DNA of 64,000 bases from an uncultured Clostridium sp. (GCA_958422985.1 CATZPY010000003.1:21671-85670), one strand, 5' to 3'; numbered from the stretch's first letter, positions 18,682-28,288 are shown. Translations and numbers: made by a program. The notes: a model not told the origin generated them from the letters alone.

Positions 18682-18718
18682 AAAACGAGATTGGGGAATG
18701 ACCATAAAAATCCTAGTC
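18682..18718 (+). repeat. Dispersed hairpin repeat family 1 (diverged copy E)
   Basis: AAAACGAGATTGGGGAATGACCATAAAAATCCTAGTC aligns with copy B (AAAACCGAGATT...GACC...AAATCCCAGT). It starts 2 nt after the trxA stop. Confidence 0.45.
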
Positions 18719-18727
18719 CAATAAAAA

Positions 18728-18761
18728 AAACTACTAGTGTAAAAACTAGTAGTTTAATTTT
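18728..18761. terminator. Bidirectional terminator between trxA and the convergent hypothetical gene
   Basis: AAACTACTAGT-GTAAAA-ACTAGTAGTTT is a perfect 11-bp stem with A/T runs on both sides. Confidence 0.65.
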
Positions 18762-19057
18762 TATTTATAAGAAGAATAAATATCTAATAAGCTATTTAAT
18801 TCACAAATAGAAGGATATTCTTCTTCAGAATACCTACATAAAATTGTAACATACAATTTTTCTTTGTCACTTAGGAATTTATAACAATTTTCTTTTAAAT
18901 TAAATAAATTAGTATATGTATAATCTGGCTTAAATATTTTTACTTTGTGCACCAATTTATCTTTAATATCTTTTTGCAATGTGTTAATACAATATATGTA
19001 ATCTTTATTTTTAAAATGTTCTGTAAGTTTTTCTTTATCTACCATCTCTTTCATCAT
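18761..19057 (-). CDS. Hypothetical protein (about 98 aa), start overlaps the 3' end of the upstream 603-aa ORF
   Basis: The ORF is open and every possible start codon lies inside the upstream ORF. I recognise no motif. Confidence 0.45.
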   Translation of the reverse strand: MMKEMVDKEKLTEHFKNKDYIYCINTLQKDIKDKLVHKVKIFKPDYTYTNLFNLKENCYKFLSDKEKLYVTILCRYSEEEYPSICELNSLLDIYSSYK

Positions 19058-20846
19058 CTCCAACAGGTAGCACTTTTACTAATACACCTTCTTTAGTTTT
19101 TTCCAAAATAGATCCGGTGTCTAAATTAATATAAGTTTTATGAATTTGCTTGTCTTTTGGCGATTGCTTTAAATGCGCAGGTGGACAATTTTCATCAGAT
19201 AAAAATCTAAGATGTCCAACAGTATCTTGATTATATGCTTTATTATTTTTTGAACATTGTTTAATTGTTTTTTTACTTTTCTTGTTCCATGGCATCATTA
19301 CATGGGACTTCATTTTTCTATCATTTCGCATATTCCAATCATTAGAGCCAGCATATATAGGTACAATTGGGCTTTTAAAATATTCGGTTGCAAACTCTGA
19401 AAAAATATGCGATGGAACATGTACATTAACAGGTAATATAGAATTAATATCTACCACAAAATCTGTAAAATGTTTTAACTCTCCAGAAGTTCCATCTTCA
19501 GAAATTTTATCTACTACAACACCATAGTTTCTTTTTTGGCTATTATTTAATTCTAAAAAACTATAAAGAGATAATGCTATATGAGCTTTAGAACCTTTTA
19601 ATCTGTGAATAGAATTAGCAAACTGTGAAAATCTTAACATATCGTCTCCAACAGAATTTCTAGAAGCAGGGAAAACATTAGAAAAGTATTGCTTATATTC
19701 TTCACCATAAGATTTTTCCATTTCTTTTTCTAAAGGTTCTAAAGAATAATATCTTCTTTCAGAATTTTCATCATCATCTAGAACTAATTCACCACTACGT
19801 GACATTTCTTCTATTTTATTTTCATTTTCTGTATAATACATTTCTGTTGGATAATAAAAAAGTTCCATTTTTAATAAGATGTTTTTTAAATCTTCATCTT
19901 CTAATGTTGGTGCTTCTGTACCATCTAGAATAAGAGGTTCTAAATTAAATTCGGAAATCGCATACATTGCTTTAGAATAGTCCTCTAAGATATGAAAAGC
20001 CCTATTAGTATACATTATGTTTATACCGAGTAAGTCTACTGTATCTAGTTGTTTTTGAACTCCCTCAGATAGTCCACTAGTTAAACTTGCTTTATCTTGC
20101 TTTAATTCCGGAAGTCCAATTTCATCAAATTGTTTATTTGCAAGTGCTAGCCAGTCATCTAAATAACCCATGTCATCGAAAAGACTAACTAGTGCTGTAT
20201 TAGACTCTATTAAATCTTTCTTTATATTTGTTTCAGTATATTTTAAATAAGTTTTCATATATGCAGGAATTCCGTCTGCTAATAGTTCAAAAGCATCTAG
20301 ATAATGTTTCCTTTGTAGTGCAGGTAAATGACCTACAAGTTTTTCAGCCATTATATGTTTTTCTTTATTAGTTTTTGTAGAATTTAAAATATCTGAGAAC
20401 ACAGGTCCATAACTATCTTCTACTTGTGAAGCTACTTGTGGATATAAATGCCTCATAAATAATACTAAATTTGTTAAATTTTCATCAAAACTATTAGTAT
20501 GCATAAAAAAATCCCTGTCTGACGAGATATTATTACTTTCTACATATTCTGTAATTTCAGTATATTTCCTAGGATTTTGAAGTAAGTATAAACAAGCATT
20601 ATATGCTGTAACTTGGTTTAATATATGTTCATTACAAAAAGAAACTGTTTTTAGCCTAGAGTTATAATCGTATAATAAAGAATAAAAATCTGGATCTTTC
20701 ATATCTGGATTTTTAAGTTTTTCTTTTTGAATAAAATCGTAAATTTTACTAATAGTGTTATTAATATATCTATATTCGAATGGTTTAACATTAGAAACCA
20801 TTTCTTCTGCTCTACTTATAGCAGATTTAAAAGCCATAAAATGCAT
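19035..20846 (-). CDS. Hypothetical protein, 603 aa, no recognisable family
   Basis: It is a long uninterrupted ORF with an AGGAGG-type RBS (AAGGAGGATTACTT before the ATG). It is on the opposite strand to all neighbours. I recognise no catalytic motif. Confidence 0.6.
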   Translation of the reverse strand: MHFMAFKSAISRAEEMVSNVKPFEYRYINNTISKIYDFIQKEKLKNPDMKDPDFYSLLYDYNSRLKTVSFCNEHILNQVTAYNACLYLLQNPRKYTEITEYVESNNISSDRDFFMHTNSFDENLTNLVLFMRHLYPQVASQVEDSYGPVFSDILNSTKTNKEKHIMAEKLVGHLPALQRKHYLDAFELLADGIPAYMKTYLKYTETNIKKDLIESNTALVSLFDDMGYLDDWLALANKQFDEIGLPELKQDKASLTSGLSEGVQKQLDTVDLLGINIMYTNRAFHILEDYSKAMYAISEFNLEPLILDGTEAPTLEDEDLKNILLKMELFYYPTEMYYTENENKIEEMSRSGELVLDDDENSERRYYSLEPLEKEMEKSYGEEYKQYFSNVFPASRNSVGDDMLRFSQFANSIHRLKGSKAHIALSLYSFLELNNSQKRNYGVVVDKISEDGTSGELKHFTDFVVDINSILPVNVHVPSHIFSEFATEYFKSPIVPIYAGSNDWNMRNDRKMKSHVMMPWNKKSKKTIKQCSKNNKAYNQDTVGHLRFLSDENCPPAHLKQSPKDKQIHKTYINLDTGSILEKTKEGVLVKVLPVGDDERDGR

Positions 20847-20959
20847 AAGTAATCCTCCTTAATGATTAACATAAATATTATACTATATTTTAAGCTTTTA
20901 CACAATACCTTTACTAAATTATGGTATATATGTTAAAATATCACCATAGGAGAGATAAT

Positions 20960-22000
20960 ATGAAAAAAAGAAGAGTTTTATTAGGTATGAGTGGAGGTGT
21001 AGATAGTAGTGTTTCTGCACTATTACTAAAAAATGAAGGTTATGAAGTAATTGGTGTTACTTTGTCACTATCTAATTATACAGATGCAAAAGATGCAAAA
21101 GAAGTATGTGATAAAATTGGAATAGAACATATTTCTATAGATATGCAAGAAAGTTTTAAAAAGTATGTAATTAATAATTTTATAGATTGCTATTCTAAAG
21201 CACTTACACCTAATCCTTGTATAGAATGTAATAGAAAATTAAAATTTGGAGAAATGTATAAAAAGGCTAAAGAGCTAAATTGTGATTTTTTAGCAACAGG
21301 TCATTACGCTAAAACAGAATATGATAGCAACTATAATCAATTTGTTTTAAGAAAATGTTTAAATGAAAATAAAGACCAATCATATGTATTATATACAATG
21401 AAAGAAGAAATATTAGACAAAGTACTATTCCCATTAGGTAATTTTAAATCTAAAGAGGAAATAAGAAAAATAGCCAAAGAAAACAATTTAGTAAATGTAG
21501 CTAATAAGCCAGATAGTGAAGATATTTGTTTTATTCCAGATGGTAACTATAAGAGGTTTTTAGAAAATAACGGAAATATTAAACCTAAACCAGGTAATAT
21601 AGTAATGAATGATGGAACTATCTTAGGAAAGCATAGCGGACTATATAATTATACAATTGGGCAAAGAAAAGGAATGGGTATATCATATAAAGAACCATTA
21701 TTCGTAATAGGTTTTAATATAAATAAAAATGAATTAATTGTTGGTACTATGAAAGATGCTTTTAAGAAGGAAGCAATTATAAATAATGTAAACATATTAA
21801 TTAAAGATATTAATATAGAAAATTTAAGGGTAGCAGTTAAAACTAGATATAGTAAAAAAGCATCTTTTGCAAGATTAAATATTATAAATGAAGATAAGAT
21901 AAAAATTAATTTTGAAGAACCAGAGAAATCTTTAACACCAGGTCAATCAGCAGTATTTTATTTAGATGATATTGTAGTAGGTGGCGGAATTATAGAATAG
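20960..22000 (+). CDS. mnmA: tRNA 2-thiouridine(34) synthase MnmA
   Basis: It has the PP-loop VLLGMSGGVDSSV, the Cys-containing NPCIECNRKLKF, and GHYA. The start is placed at the ATG after GGAGAG. Confidence 0.9.
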   Translation: MKKRRVLLGMSGGVDSSVSALLLKNEGYEVIGVTLSLSNYTDAKDAKEVCDKIGIEHISIDMQESFKKYVINNFIDCYSKALTPNPCIECNRKLKFGEMYKKAKELNCDFLATGHYAKTEYDSNYNQFVLRKCLNENKDQSYVLYTMKEEILDKVLFPLGNFKSKEEIRKIAKENNLVNVANKPDSEDICFIPDGNYKRFLENNGNIKPKPGNIVMNDGTILGKHSGLYNYTIGQRKGMGISYKEPLFVIGFNINKNELIVGTMKDAFKKEAIINNVNILIKDINIENLRVAVKTRYSKKASFARLNIINEDKIKINFEEPEKSLTPGQSAVFYLDDIVVGGGIIE

Positions 22001-22019
22001 TAAGAAAGAGGGAATACAT

Positions 22020-22439
22020 ATGATTAGAGAAGCTATTATAAGTGATTATGAAATAATAGAAAAAATTATTAGTGATAATTATGAATTTAAATTACTAGAA
22101 GAGGAAACGAATACTATAAGAGAAGCATTAACTAATTATAATAAAGTAGTTTATATAGATTATGAAAATGAGATTCCTGTTGCATATGCACAATGTTCAT
22201 TAAAAAATGATACTAATGTAGTAGGATACTTAGAAAAAATTTATATAAAACATAATTATCGAAATAAAGGAATTGATAAGAAATTGTTAAATAAATGTGA
22301 AGAATGGGCAAAAATTAAGGGATGCGAGAAATTTACTGCAAGTTGTAATTTATCGGATGAATCACTAATGAATTTATTTAATCATTTAGGTTTTTCTGAA
22401 ACAGATAAAATAGCTTATTTTTCTAAGGAGCTTGATTAG
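22020..22439 (+). CDS. GNAT family N-acetyltransferase
   Basis: At 139 aa it has the acetyl-CoA motif region IYIKHNYRNKGIDKKLLNKCEEWAK. Confidence 0.65.
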   Translation: MIREAIISDYEIIEKIISDNYEFKLLEEETNTIREALTNYNKVVYIDYENEIPVAYAQCSLKNDTNVVGYLEKIYIKHNYRNKGIDKKLLNKCEEWAKIKGCEKFTASCNLSDESLMNLFNHLGFSETDKIAYFSKELD

Positions 22440-22442
22440 TAT

Positions 22443-24965
22443 ATGAAGAGTAAAAAATTAAAGAATCAAGAAGAGGAAGAGTTTGTGCCTAAAGCTTTTA
22501 AAAAAGAAAAAAGTAATGGAACACAAGAAAATAAGAAAAATAGAAGAGGCAAAACGAATAAAAATAAAAAAGTAAAGAAAATCATAATTTCCCTAATAGT
22601 TTTATTAATAATAGTTATAGGTATTGCTCTTGCAACATCTGCAGTAAAATGGAGAAATATTGCAGAAGATATGCTAATTAATGAAAATTCTATTGTACTT
22701 GATAATAATGGTAATGAGCTTGCCAAATTAGGAAGTGAAAGAAAACAAATAAAAATTGATATTTCACAGATGCCAGCAAATTTAAAAAATGCTTATGTTG
22801 CAATAGAAGATGAAAGGTTTTATAAGCACCAAGGTGTAGATATAAAAAGAACCGGTTCTGCTATATTAAGTTATATTTTTCACTTTGGCAATTCTTCTTA
22901 TGGTGGAAGTACAATTACACAGCAATTGGTAAAGAACATGACTGGAGATACCACAGATAGTATATTTAGAAAAGTGAAAGAATGGTGGAAAGCTTGGAAC
23001 TTGGAATGTATAACTGAAAAAGATGAAATATTAGAAACATATTTAAATATTATATATGTTGGTCCGAGTATATATGGTGTAGAAGCCGGAAGTGAATATT
23101 ATTTTAACAAACCTTGTAAGAACTTAAATTTAGAAGAATGTGCTTTTTTAGCCGGAATAAATCATTCACCAAATTCTTATAATCCATTTGGAGAGAAAGA
23201 TAATTCAGAGAAAATAAAGAAGAGGACGAAAACAGTTTTATCCAAAATGTTAGAACTTGGTTATATTCACGAAGAGGAATATGAAATTGCTACAAAGAAT
23301 GTAGATGAAGGTATTAAATTTAAAAAGGGCACTATTAATTCAGGGAATGGAGTATATTCATATCATACAGATGCACTTATAACAGATGTTACAAATGATA
23401 TAGCAGATAAGTATAATATTTCTACTAATTTTGCTACTAATTATATATATATGTCGGGTTTAACAATTACAAGTACACAAGAAACTAAAATTCAAGACCA
23501 AATGGAAACAGAAATGGGAAAGAGCAAATACATACTGCAGTCAAAAAATGGAGGAGAGCATTCACAATCTGCTATGGTTATAATAGATCATAAAACAGGA
23601 AATGTGTTAGGTTGTGTAGGAGGTCTTGGAAAAAAAGACAAGCCACGTTCTTTAAATAGAGCAACTCAAAGTATTAGGCAAACAGGTTCTGCTATAAAAC
23701 CAATTGCTGTAGTAGGTCCTGCTATCCAAAAGAAGCTAATTACTGCTTCGTCAATATATGACGATACAGAAAGAGATTTTAGTGGTGGGTATCACCCAGT
23801 AGATTATAGTAAACCTTTAGGTAATATAACAGTAAGAAGAGCTATAGAATCTTCACAAAATATTCCATTTGTAGAAATTATGAATGAATTAAAACCTAAT
23901 GTTGCTATAAAGTATTTAGAAAAAATGGGTATTACTACTCTAACAGAAGAGGACAATAACTTAACTTTGGCATTGGGGGGATTGCAAAAAGGAATTAGCC
24001 CCTTAGAAATGGCTTCTGCTTATGCAACAATTGCAAATGATGGTGAATATATAGAACCTACATTTTATAAAGAAATAAAAAGCAATGCTGGGAAGACAAT
24101 AATGAAACCAAAGCCGAAAAAAGAAAGAGTTTTTTCTAAGGAAACAGCTTTTATACTAAAAGATCTACTAACACAGCCAGTAGAAGGAAAAAATGGAACA
24201 GCTACATACTGCAAAATAAATGGAATTGATGTTGCAGCTAAAACTGGAACAACAGATTCTAATTATGACAGATGGCTCTGTGGTTTTACACCATATTATA
24301 CAGGTGTTACATGGTATGGCTATGACCAAAATGAAACAGTTAATTTTAATAAGAGAAATCCTGCAGGTTTAATTTGGGCTAATGTAATGTCAAGAATACA
24401 TACTGGTTTAAAAACAGCATATTTTATTAAGCCATATTCTGTACAAGAAGTTAAAGTTTGTTCAGAAACTGGACTAAAAGCAAGAACTGGTTGTAAAGAT
24501 ACATATACAGAGTATTTTTTAAGATCTACAGTTCCTGGCTTATGTAACAAACATAGTGGAACAGAGATAAAAGCTTCAGAAACAGAACATAAAAATGAAA
24601 ACACAAATTCTACAGTTCAAGGAATTAAAAACGATATAGATGCAGAAGAACCTGTAATGAATACAAATGTCGTAACAACTGATAATAAAAAAGAAAATAT
24701 GACAGATACAAATACAAACAAGAATACAAATACTAACACGAATACAAATAGCAATATTAATTCAAATAAGAATACTAACTCTAATACAAATACAAATGCA
24801 AACACTAATACAAATACTAATTTGAATACAAATACAAATTCTAACAGCAACAAAAATAATACAAATAGTAATATAAACACAAATACCAATACTAACTCAA
24901 ATACAAACACTAATTCGAACAGCAGTACAAATACACAACCAGGAACAAATACAGCAGATGATTAA
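22443..24965 (+). CDS. Class A penicillin-binding protein (bifunctional transglycosylase/transpeptidase) with Asn/Thr-rich C-terminal tail
   Basis: GT51 motifs are present: EDERFYKHQGVD, GGSTITQQLVKN, RKVKEWW and KDEILETYLN. Transpeptidase motifs are SAIK (TGSAIKP), SQN and KTGT. The last roughly 80 codons are NT(N/S) low-complexity sequence. Confidence 0.9.
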   Translation: MKSKKLKNQEEEEFVPKAFKKEKSNGTQENKKNRRGKTNKNKKVKKIIISLIVLLIIVIGIALATSAVKWRNIAEDMLINENSIVLDNNGNELAKLGSERKQIKIDISQMPANLKNAYVAIEDERFYKHQGVDIKRTGSAILSYIFHFGNSSYGGSTITQQLVKNMTGDTTDSIFRKVKEWWKAWNLECITEKDEILETYLNIIYVGPSIYGVEAGSEYYFNKPCKNLNLEECAFLAGINHSPNSYNPFGEKDNSEKIKKRTKTVLSKMLELGYIHEEEYEIATKNVDEGIKFKKGTINSGNGVYSYHTDALITDVTNDIADKYNISTNFATNYIYMSGLTITSTQETKIQDQMETEMGKSKYILQSKNGGEHSQSAMVIIDHKTGNVLGCVGGLGKKDKPRSLNRATQSIRQTGSAIKPIAVVGPAIQKKLITASSIYDDTERDFSGGYHPVDYSKPLGNITVRRAIESSQNIPFVEIMNELKPNVAIKYLEKMGITTLTEEDNNLTLALGGLQKGISPLEMASAYATIANDGEYIEPTFYKEIKSNAGKTIMKPKPKKERVFSKETAFILKDLLTQPVEGKNGTATYCKINGIDVAAKTGTTDSNYDRWLCGFTPYYTGVTWYGYDQNETVNFNKRNPAGLIWANVMSRIHTGLKTAYFIKPYSVQEVKVCSETGLKARTGCKDTYTEYFLRSTVPGLCNKHSGTEIKASETEHKNENTNSTVQGIKNDIDAEEPVMNTNVVTTDNKKENMTDTNTNKNTNTNTNTNSNINSNKNTNSNTNTNANTNTNTNLNTNTNSNSNKNNTNSNINTNTNTNSNTNTNSNSSTNTQPGTNTADD
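24705..24935 (+). repeat. Imperfect tandem AAT-ACA/AAC-type codon repeats encoding the (N-T/S)n tail of the PBP
   Basis: The translation is DTNTNKNTNTNTNTNSNINSNKNTNSNTNTNANTNTNTNLNTNTNSNSNKNNTNSNINTNTNTNSNTNTNSNSSTNT. The nucleotide sequence is a degenerate 6-nt periodic repeat. Confidence 0.8.
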
Positions 24966-25012
24966 AAGCATATTTAAGATTATATCCGCAATATAAATAA
25001 TAATTTAATAGT

Positions 25013-25060
25013 AAAAAGAGCAATACTTTATTACATAAATGTAGTGAAATTGCTCTTTTT
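25013..25060 (+). terminator. Rho-independent terminator after the PBP gene
   Basis: AAAAAGAGCAAT ... ATTGCTCTTTTT is a perfect 12-bp stem that includes the T-run. Confidence 0.7.
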
Positions 25061-25074
25061 ATTATTAGAAAAGT

Positions 25075-25113
25075 AAAACCGAGATTTTAAGGACCTTTTC
25101 TAAATCCCAGTTT
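25075..25113 (+). repeat. Dispersed hairpin repeat family 1 (copy B)
   Basis: The sequence is AAAACCGAGATTTTAAGGACCTTTTCTAAATCCCAGTTT. Confidence 0.6.
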
Positions 25114-25161
25114 ATAGCTCTTATCCTTTCTCGCTGTAAGAGCGACACCATCATGCATAAA

Positions 25162-25190
25162 TTGACAATAATAGATTTAAATGGTATAAT
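25162..25190 (+). promoter_or_regulatory. Consensus sigma-A-type promoter of the glycan operon
   Basis: TTGACA (25162-25167), a 17-nt spacer, then TATAAT (25185-25190), about 40 nt upstream of the first ORF. Confidence 0.55.
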
Positions 25191-25233
25191 AGAACGTGAT
25201 AATGCAAAAAGATATGAATAAAAGAGAGTGATT

Positions 25234-26208
25234 ATGAGCGAACAATATATTTATATAGGTAATGCGTCAAAAAATGGCATAAACAAGTATCGTTTTTCGA
25301 ATGAAAACTTAAATTTAGTCTATACAACTAATGATTTTGAAAGATGTACATATTTAGCACAAAATGAAAATCATTTATATGCAGTACAAGAAAATGAGAA
25401 TGGTAATATATTAGCATATAAAAAAACTTCCAAAGGTTTAACATATATTGGGAATAAAAGCTCATTAGGAAGTGGCCCATGTCATGTAGAAATAAGTAAC
25501 AAGAAGAAAATGCTATTTATTTCGAATTATATGAATGGGTATTTTACTGCATATAAAATTAAGGAAAGTGGCGAAATAGGAGAGCTTATTTATAATAACG
25601 TAAACCGTAGTAAATATTCGCATTTACATTGTGCAAAAGTTTTTAATAATGAAAACAACTTAATAACTGTAGACTTGGGCATGAATATATTAGATTTATA
25701 CGAAGTGCAAAAAAAATCTTTAAAAAAGATTTTTTCACTTCAATTTCCCAAAGACGAAGAGCCAAGACATATAGCTATTTATAATGAAAAAATTTTTTTA
25801 TTAACTGAAAAAGGTTGTACATTATATGTTTTAAGATATATACAAAAAAAATTAGAAATCCTATATAAAACAAGTATTTTACCTAATAATCACGCAAAAA
25901 AAGAAAACGATACAGGAGCAGGAATTAAGATTTCTTCAGATGGCAAATATATTTACACATCTATAAGAGGACATAATAGCATATCTGTATTTAAATATGA
26001 AAATAAAAAATTAGAATTAGTACAAAATATTTTATCCTATGGCGATACTCCCAGAGATTTAGAAATTGACAAAACACAGAAATATGTATTTGTTGCGAAC
26101 CAAGATTCTAATGAAATTGCAATTTTTAGTAGAGATATTAATACTGGTAAATTGGAATTTTTAAATAAGCAGAAATCACCTTTGCCAACATGTGTACTGT
26201 CAGAATAG
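25234..26208 (+). CDS. 7-bladed beta-propeller lactonase-like protein (6-phosphogluconolactonase/YbhE family)
   Basis: Repeated blade-like segments and the C-terminal PRDLEIDKTQKYVFVANQDSNEIAIFSRD resemble the PF10282 lactonase family. The assignment is from memory. Confidence 0.55.
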   Translation: MSEQYIYIGNASKNGINKYRFSNENLNLVYTTNDFERCTYLAQNENHLYAVQENENGNILAYKKTSKGLTYIGNKSSLGSGPCHVEISNKKKMLFISNYMNGYFTAYKIKESGEIGELIYNNVNRSKYSHLHCAKVFNNENNLITVDLGMNILDLYEVQKKSLKKIFSLQFPKDEEPRHIAIYNEKIFLLTEKGCTLYVLRYIQKKLEILYKTSILPNNHAKKENDTGAGIKISSDGKYIYTSIRGHNSISVFKYENKKLELVQNILSYGDTPRDLEIDKTQKYVFVANQDSNEIAIFSRDINTGKLEFLNKQKSPLPTCVLSE

Positions 26209-26217
26209 GGGGCATAT

Positions 26218-27405
26218 ATGAAAAAGAAGCTGTTAATAGCAGTTCATACTCTTCAATTAGGAGGAGTAGAAAAAATAGTAATTAATCTTTTAAAAATGAT
26301 GGATAAAGAAAAATATGATATAACATTATTATCACTAGTAAATGATGGTGTTTTTGTGGAAGATGCACTAAACATACCAGGAATAAAATATAAGTATTTT
26401 TTTGAAAGCTATTTTAAAAAAAGCAGAAATGACATAAATTCAAAGCATTATAAAATATCTTGTAAATTAATGAGTATAATTTGGAAATGGTATTTATTTT
26501 TAATAAAACATTTTCCAAATTATTTGTATAAAAAGAATATAAAGGAAGTATACGACATAGAAATTGCTTTTCTAGAAGGGAAAGTTGCAAAAGTTATAGC
26601 TAATTCTAATAATAAAAATTCTAAAAAAATTGCATGGATACATACAGATATAGAAAATATTTCGCGAGCTAGTATATTTAAAAATTTAGATGATGAAATA
26701 AATTGCTATAAAAGATTTGACAAAATTGTTTGTGTTTCTAATGATGTAAAATATCATTTTACACAAAAAACAGGAATTTCAGACAATGTAATTGTACAGG
26801 TAAACCCAATAAATTCTGAAGAAATATTAAAAAAAGCCAAAGAGCCAATAACAAAAGACTTAAAGAAAAATGGAATTATAATATCTGCAGTTGGAAGATT
26901 AGCATATGAAAAAGGCTATGACAGATTATTAAAAATCCATAGAAAATTGTTAAGAGAAAACATAAAAAACTCTATATGGATAATTGGAGAAGGTACAGAA
27001 AGAGAAAATTTAGAAAACTACATAGAAGAAAATAATTTAAAAGATACAGTTAATTTAGTAGGATATACCGAAAATCCTTATAAATATGTTAAAGAATCTG
27101 ATATATTTGTATGTTCTTCTAGAATAGAAGGATTAAGTTCTGTTGTAATAGAAGCAGCTATGTTAGACAAGCCAATAGTTACAACATTATGTTCCGGAAT
27201 GAAGGATATTCTAGGAGAAGATAATGAAAATGCACTTATAGTGTCTAATGATACATACAATTTATATTTGGGAGTTAAAAAAGTAATATTAAACAAGGAA
27301 CTTAGAGAAAAATATAAAGAAAATATAAAAAATGTTACACGAAAATTTGATATGAATACAGTTATATCAAATATAGATAAATTACTTGAAAGTTTGGAGA
27401 GTTAA
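26218..27405 (+). CDS. GT-B fold glycosyltransferase (family 4/1-like)
   Basis: The C-terminal half carries VGRLAYEKGYDRLL and the EX7E-type region SSRIEGLSSVVIEAAMLDKPIV. Confidence 0.8.
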   Translation: MKKKLLIAVHTLQLGGVEKIVINLLKMMDKEKYDITLLSLVNDGVFVEDALNIPGIKYKYFFESYFKKSRNDINSKHYKISCKLMSIIWKWYLFLIKHFPNYLYKKNIKEVYDIEIAFLEGKVAKVIANSNNKNSKKIAWIHTDIENISRASIFKNLDDEINCYKRFDKIVCVSNDVKYHFTQKTGISDNVIVQVNPINSEEILKKAKEPITKDLKKNGIIISAVGRLAYEKGYDRLLKIHRKLLRENIKNSIWIIGEGTERENLENYIEENNLKDTVNLVGYTENPYKYVKESDIFVCSSRIEGLSSVVIEAAMLDKPIVTTLCSGMKDILGEDNENALIVSNDTYNLYLGVKKVILNKELREKYKENIKNVTRKFDMNTVISNIDKLLESLES

Positions 27406-27406
27406 A

Positions 27407-28288
27407 ATGATACAAATTGGTTGTAATTATATTGTTAATGAAGATGGCAAAAATATTTATGACGACTTATATAAAAATTTAATAAAAAATAATTATATAG
27501 ATATTTTAAAGTTTCCAGGTAGATTTTGTAATAGTGAAGAACTTAATAACTGCTTGAAACTAGCAAAAGAAAATAATATAAAAGTAGATTTTCATGGTTT
27601 ACCACATATGGAACCTAGAACACATAGTAAAAGAATGATTAAGAATATAGACTGGCATAGCTTGCCAGCCAATTTAATGCAATTAAATAATAAAAAACGT
27701 ATTAGTACACATATAGCAGCAGAAATTAACGAGAATATAGATGAGGCTAAAGAGATATTATTTGAAAATATAAATAGCTTAAAAACTCAATTTTTAAAAT
27801 TATATAATGAAGAAATTAAGTTTGGAGGGGAAAATCAACCCGGAGGTTACGGTATTCCATTAGCAGAGATTTCTCCTAAAACTATAAGTTATATGTGGGA
27901 AATATTAGATTTTGGAGTATTCGATATTTCACATGCAAAACTTGCAGCAAATGATTTAAATATTTCGTATAATAACTATTTAGATTTATTAACAAATAAA
28001 GACAAAGTTAAGATTTTGCATATTTCTGGAAATGTAGACAATACAGGTGAATTTAAAAATAAACTAGATAAACATCTTATGATGGATAAAACAGAAATAA
28101 AAGATATTATTTATACTATTAAAAACTTTAAAAATCTTGACTTAATAATATCTGAGCTTGCTTTTAATTCAAGATATAGTTTTGAAAAGGAACTAAAAAT
28201 AGAAATGCAAACATTAAAAATGATAGCAGAAACACTAGATGTGGAAGAATGTATAAATTTACATGAAAGTTTGTGCAAAGAAAATTAA
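27407..28288 (+). CDS. TIM-barrel protein with a DUF692/MNIO-like (MbnB/TglH-type) motif pattern; alternatively a xylose-isomerase-like sugar isomerase/epimerase
   Basis: The ordered motifs are MIQIGCNY, VDFHGL, RISTHIA, GGENQPG, VFDISHA, ILHISGN, LDKHL and IISELA. They parallel the DUF692 order G-x-N/R, HG, S-x-H, EN, D-x-x-N/H, H-x-x-G, D-x-H, E as I recall it from MbnB. The start ATG lies 1 nt after the GT4 stop and follows GGAGAG. Confidence 0.45.
   Translation: MIQIGCNYIVNEDGKNIYDDLYKNLIKNNYIDILKFPGRFCNSEELNNCLKLAKENNIKVDFHGLPHMEPRTHSKRMIKNIDWHSLPANLMQLNNKKRISTHIAAEINENIDEAKEILFENINSLKTQFLKLYNEEIKFGGENQPGGYGIPLAEISPKTISYMWEILDFGVFDISHAKLAANDLNISYNNYLDLLTNKDKVKILHISGNVDNTGEFKNKLDKHLMMDKTEIKDIIYTIKNFKNLDLIISELAFNSRYSFEKELKIEMQTLKMIAETLDVEECINLHESLCKEN

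Noticed and set aside
24617-24910. A 97-aa minus-strand ORF (FVFVL... repeats).
   Set aside because: It is the mirror image of the Asn/Thr codon repeat in the PBP tail, so it is a by-product of the repeat and not a gene.
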